Below are positions 59,830 to 64,000 of a stretch of 64,000 bases of DNA, piece by piece (position 1 is the stretch's first letter; each line of letters begins with the position of its first letter). The position numbers were made by a program, and so were the translations under genes. The DNA lies in NCBI RefSeq assembly GCF_009914755.1, contig NC_060937.1; one strand, given 5' to 3'. Origin of the DNA: the human T2T-CHM13v2.0 reference genome, Homo sapiens. The notes below the pieces were generated by a model. It saw nothing but the letters and a program-made list of their open reading frames with translations. It was not told the DNA's origin and ran no database searches.

Positions 59830-62800
59830 ATATCAAAGTTCACAAACTATATATTATATACTGTACATAAAATATCAAAGTACCCAAGGTATATATTCTA
59901 TACTGTACAAAAAATATCAAAGTACCCAAAGCATGTATTATATACTGTACATAAAATATGAAAGTACATCAAATATATATTTTATTCTGTACATAATATA
60001 TCAAAGTACACCAGATATATATTCTATAGTGTACATAAAATAACAAAGTACAAAAACTATAAATTATATACTGTACATAAAATATGAAATTACATCAAAT
60101 ACATATTAGGTACATAAAATATGAAAGTATATCAAATATAGATTATATACTGTACATAAAGGATCAATGTACCCCAAATATATATTTTATACTCTACATG
60201 AAATATCAAAGTTCACAAACCATATATTATATACTGTACATAAAATATCAAAGTACCCAAGGTATATATTCTATACTGCACAAAAAATACCTAAGTACCC
60301 AAAGCATGTATTATATACTGTACATAAAATATGAAAGTACACCAAATATATATTTTATTCTGTATATGAAATATCAAAGTACCCAAAACATGTATTATAT
60401 ACTGTACATAAAATATGAAAGTACATCAAATATATATTTTATTCTGTAGATGAAATATCAAAGTTCACCAGATATATATTCTATAGTGTACATAAAATAT
60501 CAAAGTACCCAAACTATACATTATATACTGTACATAAAATATGAAATTACATCAAATATATATTATATTAGGTACATAAAATATGAGAGTACATCAAATA
60601 TAGATTATATACAGTACATAAAATATCAAAGTACCCCAAATATATATTATATACTCTACATGAAATTTCAAAGTTCACAAACTATATATTATATACTGTA
60701 CATAAAATATCAAAGTACCCAAGGTATATATTCTATAATGTACCAAAAATATCAAAGTAACCAAAGCGTGTATTATATACTGTATATAAAATATGAAATT
60801 ACATCAAATATATATTTTATTCTGTACATAAAATATCAAAGTACACCAGATATATATTCTATATTGTACATAAAATATCAAAGTACCCAAATTATACAGT
60901 ATATACTGTACATAAAATATGAAATTACATCAAATATATATTATATTAGGTGCACAAAATACGAAAGTACATCAAATATAGATTATATACTGTACATAAA
61001 ATATCAAAGTACCCCAAATATATATTACATACTCTACATGAAATATCAAAGTTCACAAACTATGTATTATATTCTGTACCTAAAATATCAAAGTACCCAA
61101 GGTACATATTCTATACTGTACAAAAAATATCAAAGTACCCAAAGCATGTATTATATACTGTATATAAAATATGAAAGTACATCAAATATATATTTTATTC
61201 TGTACATAAAATATCAAAGTACACCAGATATATATTCTATAGTGTACATAAAATAACAAAGTACAAAAACTATAAATTATATACTGTATATAAAATACGA
61301 AATTTCATCAAATACATATTAGGTACATAAAATATGAAAGTACATCAAATATAGATTATATACTGTACATAAAATATCAATGTACCCCAAATATATATTT
61401 TATACTCTACATGAAATATCAAAGATCAGAAACCATATCTTATATACTGTACATAAAATATCAAAGTACCCAAGATATATATTCTATACTGTACAAAAAA
61501 TATCAAAGTACCCAAAGCATGTATTATATACTGTACATAAAATATGAAAGTACATCAAATATATATTTTATTCTGTACATAAAATATCAAAGTACAGCAG
61601 ATATATATTCTATAGGGTACATAAAATAGCAAAGTACCCAAACTTTACATTATATACTGTAGATAAAATATGAAATTACATCAGATATATATTATATTAG
61701 GTACATAAAATATGAAAGTACATCAAATATAGATTATATACTGTACATTAAATACCAAAGTACCCCAAATATATATTTTATACTGTACATGAAATTTCAA
61801 AGTTCACAAACTATATATTATATACTGCACATAAAATATCAAAGTACCCAAGGTATATATTCTATACTGTACAAAAAATATCAAAGTACACAAAGCATGT
61901 ATTATACACTGTACATAAAATATGAAAGTACATCAAATATATATTTTATTCTGTACATAAAATATCAAAGTACACCAGATATATATTCTATAGTGTACAT
62001 AAAATATCAAATTACCCAAACTATACATTATATACTGTACGTAAAATATGAAATTACATCAAATATATATTATATTAGATACATAAAATATGAAAGTACA
62101 TCAAATATAGATTATATACTATACATAAAATATCAAAGTACCCCAAATATATATTATGTACTCTACATGAAATATCAAAGTTCACAAACTATATATTATA
62201 TACTGTACATAAAATATCAAAGTACCCAAGGTATATATTCTATACTGTACAAAAAATATCAAAGTACCCAAAGCATGTATTATATACTGTACATAAAATA
62301 TGAAAGTACATCAAATATACCTTTTATTCTGTACATAATATATCAAAGTACACCAGATATATATACTATAGTGTACATAAAATAACAAAGTACAAAAACT
62401 ATAAATTATATACTGTACATAAAATATGAAATTACATCAAATACATATTAGGTACATAAAATATGAAAGTACATCAAATATAGATTATATACTGTACATA
62501 AAATATCAATGTACCCCAAATATATATTTTATACTCTACATGAAATATCAAAGTTCACAAACCATATATTATATACTGTACATAAAATATCAAAGTACCC
62601 AAGGTATATATTCTACACTGTACAAAAAATACCAAAGTACCCAAAGCATGTATTATATACTGTACATAAAATATGAAAGTACATCAAATATATATTTTAT
62701 TCTGTACATGAAATATCAAAGTACCGAAAACATGTATTATATACTGTACATAAAATATGAAAGTACATCAAATATATATTTTATTCTGTACATGAAATAT

Positions 62801-63590
62801 CGAAGTATACCAGATATATATTCTATAGTGTACATAAAATATCAAAGTACCCAAACTATACATTATATACTGTTCATAAAATATGAAATTACATCAAATA
62901 TATATTATATTAGGTACATAAAATATGAAAGTACATCAAATATAGATTATATACTGTACATAAAATATCAAAGTACCCCAAATATATATTATATACTCTA
63001 CATGAAATTTCAAAGTTCACAAACTATATATTATATACTGGACATAAAATATCAAAGTACCCAAGGTATATATTCTATAATGTACAAAAAATGTCAAAGT
63101 AACCAAAGCGTGTATTATATACTGTATATAAAATATGAAATTACATCAAATATATATTTTATTCTGTACATAAAATATCAAAGTACACCAGATATATATT
63201 CTATACTGTACATAAAATATCAAAGTACCCAATCTATACAGTATATACTGTACATAAAATATGAAATTACATCAAATATATATTATATTAGGTACATAAA
63301 ATACGAATGTACATCAAATATAGATTATATACTGTACATAAAATATCAAAGTACCCCAAATATATATTACATACTCTACATGAAATATCAAAGTTCACAA
63401 ACTATATATTATATACTGTACCTAAAATATCAAAGTACCCAACGTACATATTCTATACTGTACAAAAAATATCAAAGTACCCAAAGCATGTATTATATAC
63501 TGTATATAAAATATGAAAGTACATCAAATATATATTTTATTCTGTACATAAAATATCAAAGTACACCAGATATATATTCTATAGTGTACA
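59830..63590 (+). repeat. Older 2342-bp offset duplication containing an 11-mer (462-bp) HOR at 60109..60570 and 62451..62912
   Basis: Both copies have an extra M6-M7 pair, AAGTAACCAAAGCGTG, ATACAGTATA, AATACGAA and TATTACATAC. 2342 = 462 + 3x378 + 2x373. Mismatches are visibly more frequent than in the 5299 pair. Confidence 0.87.
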
Positions 63591-64000
63591 TAAAATATCA
63601 AAGTACCCAAACTATACATTATATACTGTACATAAAATATGAAATTACATCAAATATATTTTATATTAGGTACATAAAATATGAAAGTACATCAAATATA
63701 GATTATATACTGTACATAAAATATCAATGTACCCCAAATATATATTTTATACTCTACATGAAATATCAAAGTTCAGAAACCATATCTTATATACTGTACA
63801 TAAAATATCAAAGTACCCAAGGTATATATTCTATACTGTACAAAAAATATCAAAGTACCCAAAGCATGTATTATATACTGTACATAAAATATGAAAGTAC
63901 ATCAAATATATATTTTATTCTGTACATAAAATATCAAAGTACACCAGATATATATTCTATAGTGTACATAAAATATCAACGTACCCAAACTATTTATTAT

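Larger units (their letters stand above)
1..64000 (+). repeat. HSat1A / satellite I (SAR) tandem array, 42-bp monomer in a 9-mer 378/373-bp HOR
   Basis: Continuous 42-bp periodicity, seen as a 14-codon repeat in the ORF track. GTAC (RsaI) sites cut monomers into 17-bp ACATAAAATATGAAAGT and 25-bp ACATCAAATATAGATTATATACTGT pieces, the classical satellite I A/B units. Nine distinct monomers recur in fixed order. No Alu fragment is present, which argues against HSat1B. Confidence 0.96.

Noticed and set aside
1-64000. CRISPR-like alternation of a conserved 17-bp part and a variable 25-bp part
   Set aside because: The variable parts are nine homologous variants cycling in fixed order, not unique spacers. 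There is no leader or cas gene.
1-64000. Alpha satellite/CENP-B box, HSat1B, HSat2/3, or embedded Alu/L1
   Set aside because: No 171-bp period, no CATTC repeats, no GC-rich Alu-like or poly(A)-tailed segment, and no non-satellite interruption was seen.
1-64000. Short palindromes (TGTACA, CTATAG, CATA-AAA-TATG) as hairpins, cruciforms or terminators
   Set aside because: Stems are only 3-4 bp and AT-rich, too weak to support a structural call.
1-64000. Assignment to a specific chromosome or species
   Set aside because: HSat1A occurs on several human chromosomes (3, 4 and the acrocentrics) and there is no unique flank here, so assignment needs an alignment I cannot run.

Overview
The whole 64 kb is one uninterrupted, single-orientation, very AT-rich tandem satellite matching human/hominid Satellite 1A (HSat1A, classical satellite I, RepeatMasker SAR). 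It has about 1,500 42-bp monomers (17-bp ACATAAAATAT(C/G)AAAGT plus 25-bp AC..AAATATA.ATT.TAT.CTGT between GTAC sites), arranged as about 170 nine-monomer higher-order repeats (HORs) of 378 bp or 373 bp (5-bp deletion). Monomers are labelled M1-M9 by their pseudo-translation: M1 EITSNIYYIR, M2 ESTSNIDYIL, M3 QSTPNIY(Y/F)IL, M4 QSSQTIYYIL, M5 QSTQGIYSIL, M6 QSTQSMYYIL, M7 ESTSNIYFIL, M8 QSTPDIYSIV, M9 QSTQTIHYIL. I see no real genes, RNA genes, transposons, CRISPR or inversions, and the ORFs arise because 42 is a multiple of 3. The readable structure lies above the HOR: duplications at offsets of 1129, 1497, 2251, 2295, 2342, 4496, 5299, 5790, 9041 and 13542 bp, 4/6/8/10/11-mer HOR variants, and length-preserving out-of-register monomer swaps. 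One speculative functional lead is that the + strand carries a Pumilio element (TGTACATA) about 5-6 times per HOR. Chromosome and species cannot be fixed from the sequence alone. Breakpoints were found by eye and are approximate.
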